DNA of 64,000 nucleotides from Nannocystales bacterium (GTDB lineage Bacteria; Myxococcota_A; Polyangia; Nannocystales; Nannocystaceae): NCBI GenBank assembly GCA_050633305.1, contig JBOEGF010000019.1, positions 32,001 to 96,000 of the forward strand, read 5' to 3'. Shown piece by piece: positions 63,898 to 64,000 of this stretch (position 1 is its first letter; each line of letters starts with the position of its first letter). The notes under the pieces were generated by a model. It saw only the letters and a program-made list of their open reading frames with translations, ran no database searches and was not told where the DNA came from. The position numbers and the translations under genes were made by a program.

Positions 63898-64000
63898 ATG
63901 ACCGGGCTTCCTCCGTGTCCGCATTGCGGCCAGCACCACGCCGAAGACGTGCTGCTTTGTCCAAATGCCGAAAAGCTGATCCCGCTCGCAGGGCGCGTCC
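63898..64000 (+). CDS. Start of a gene running out of the window (zinc-ribbon N-terminus, possibly a Ser/Thr kinase)
   Basis: ATG 63898 opens MTGLPPCPHCGQHHAEDVLLCPNAEKLIPLAGRV with no stop before the window end. Confidence 0.5.
   Translation, partial: MTGLPPCPHCGQHHAEDVLLCPNAEKLIPLAGRV

Overview
High-GC, gene-dense bacterial chromosome segment, most likely Myxococcota (Nannocystaceae-like). The assignment rests on a MYXO-CTERM-type C-terminus, three complete Hanks-type Ser/Thr kinases (plus a probable fourth at the right edge), a DUF1592/DUF1552 pair and many lipoproteins with Thr/Ser/Gly/Asp-rich tethers. Housekeeping genes include metH (3' part), tRNA-Ala(CGC), tlyA, yhbY, an ABC-F ATPase, uvrC, rseP, ssb, an RluA-family synthase, hslO and an HtrA protease. 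The most notable element is an accessory block at about 23.6-28.0 kb. It encodes an 898-aa protein-arginine deiminase (PAD) resembling the animal/cyanobacterial type. The catalytic Asp/His/Asp/Cys are intact, but the Ca2+-binding ligands appear replaced and there is a large helical insertion. The gene is translationally coupled to a small adaptor-like ORF and lies divergent from a HEAT-like ORF, making it a candidate Ca2+-independent citrullinating effector module. Other items of interest: a 139-bp CTAG-flanked hairpin MITE before uvrC, an LtaS-like enzyme with four Ig-like repeats, an apparently exported TldD/TldE-like pair, an 11-heme lipoprotein operon and tandem LamG lipoprotein paralogs. 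All family calls come from motif recognition by eye, not database searches, and several start codons are estimates.
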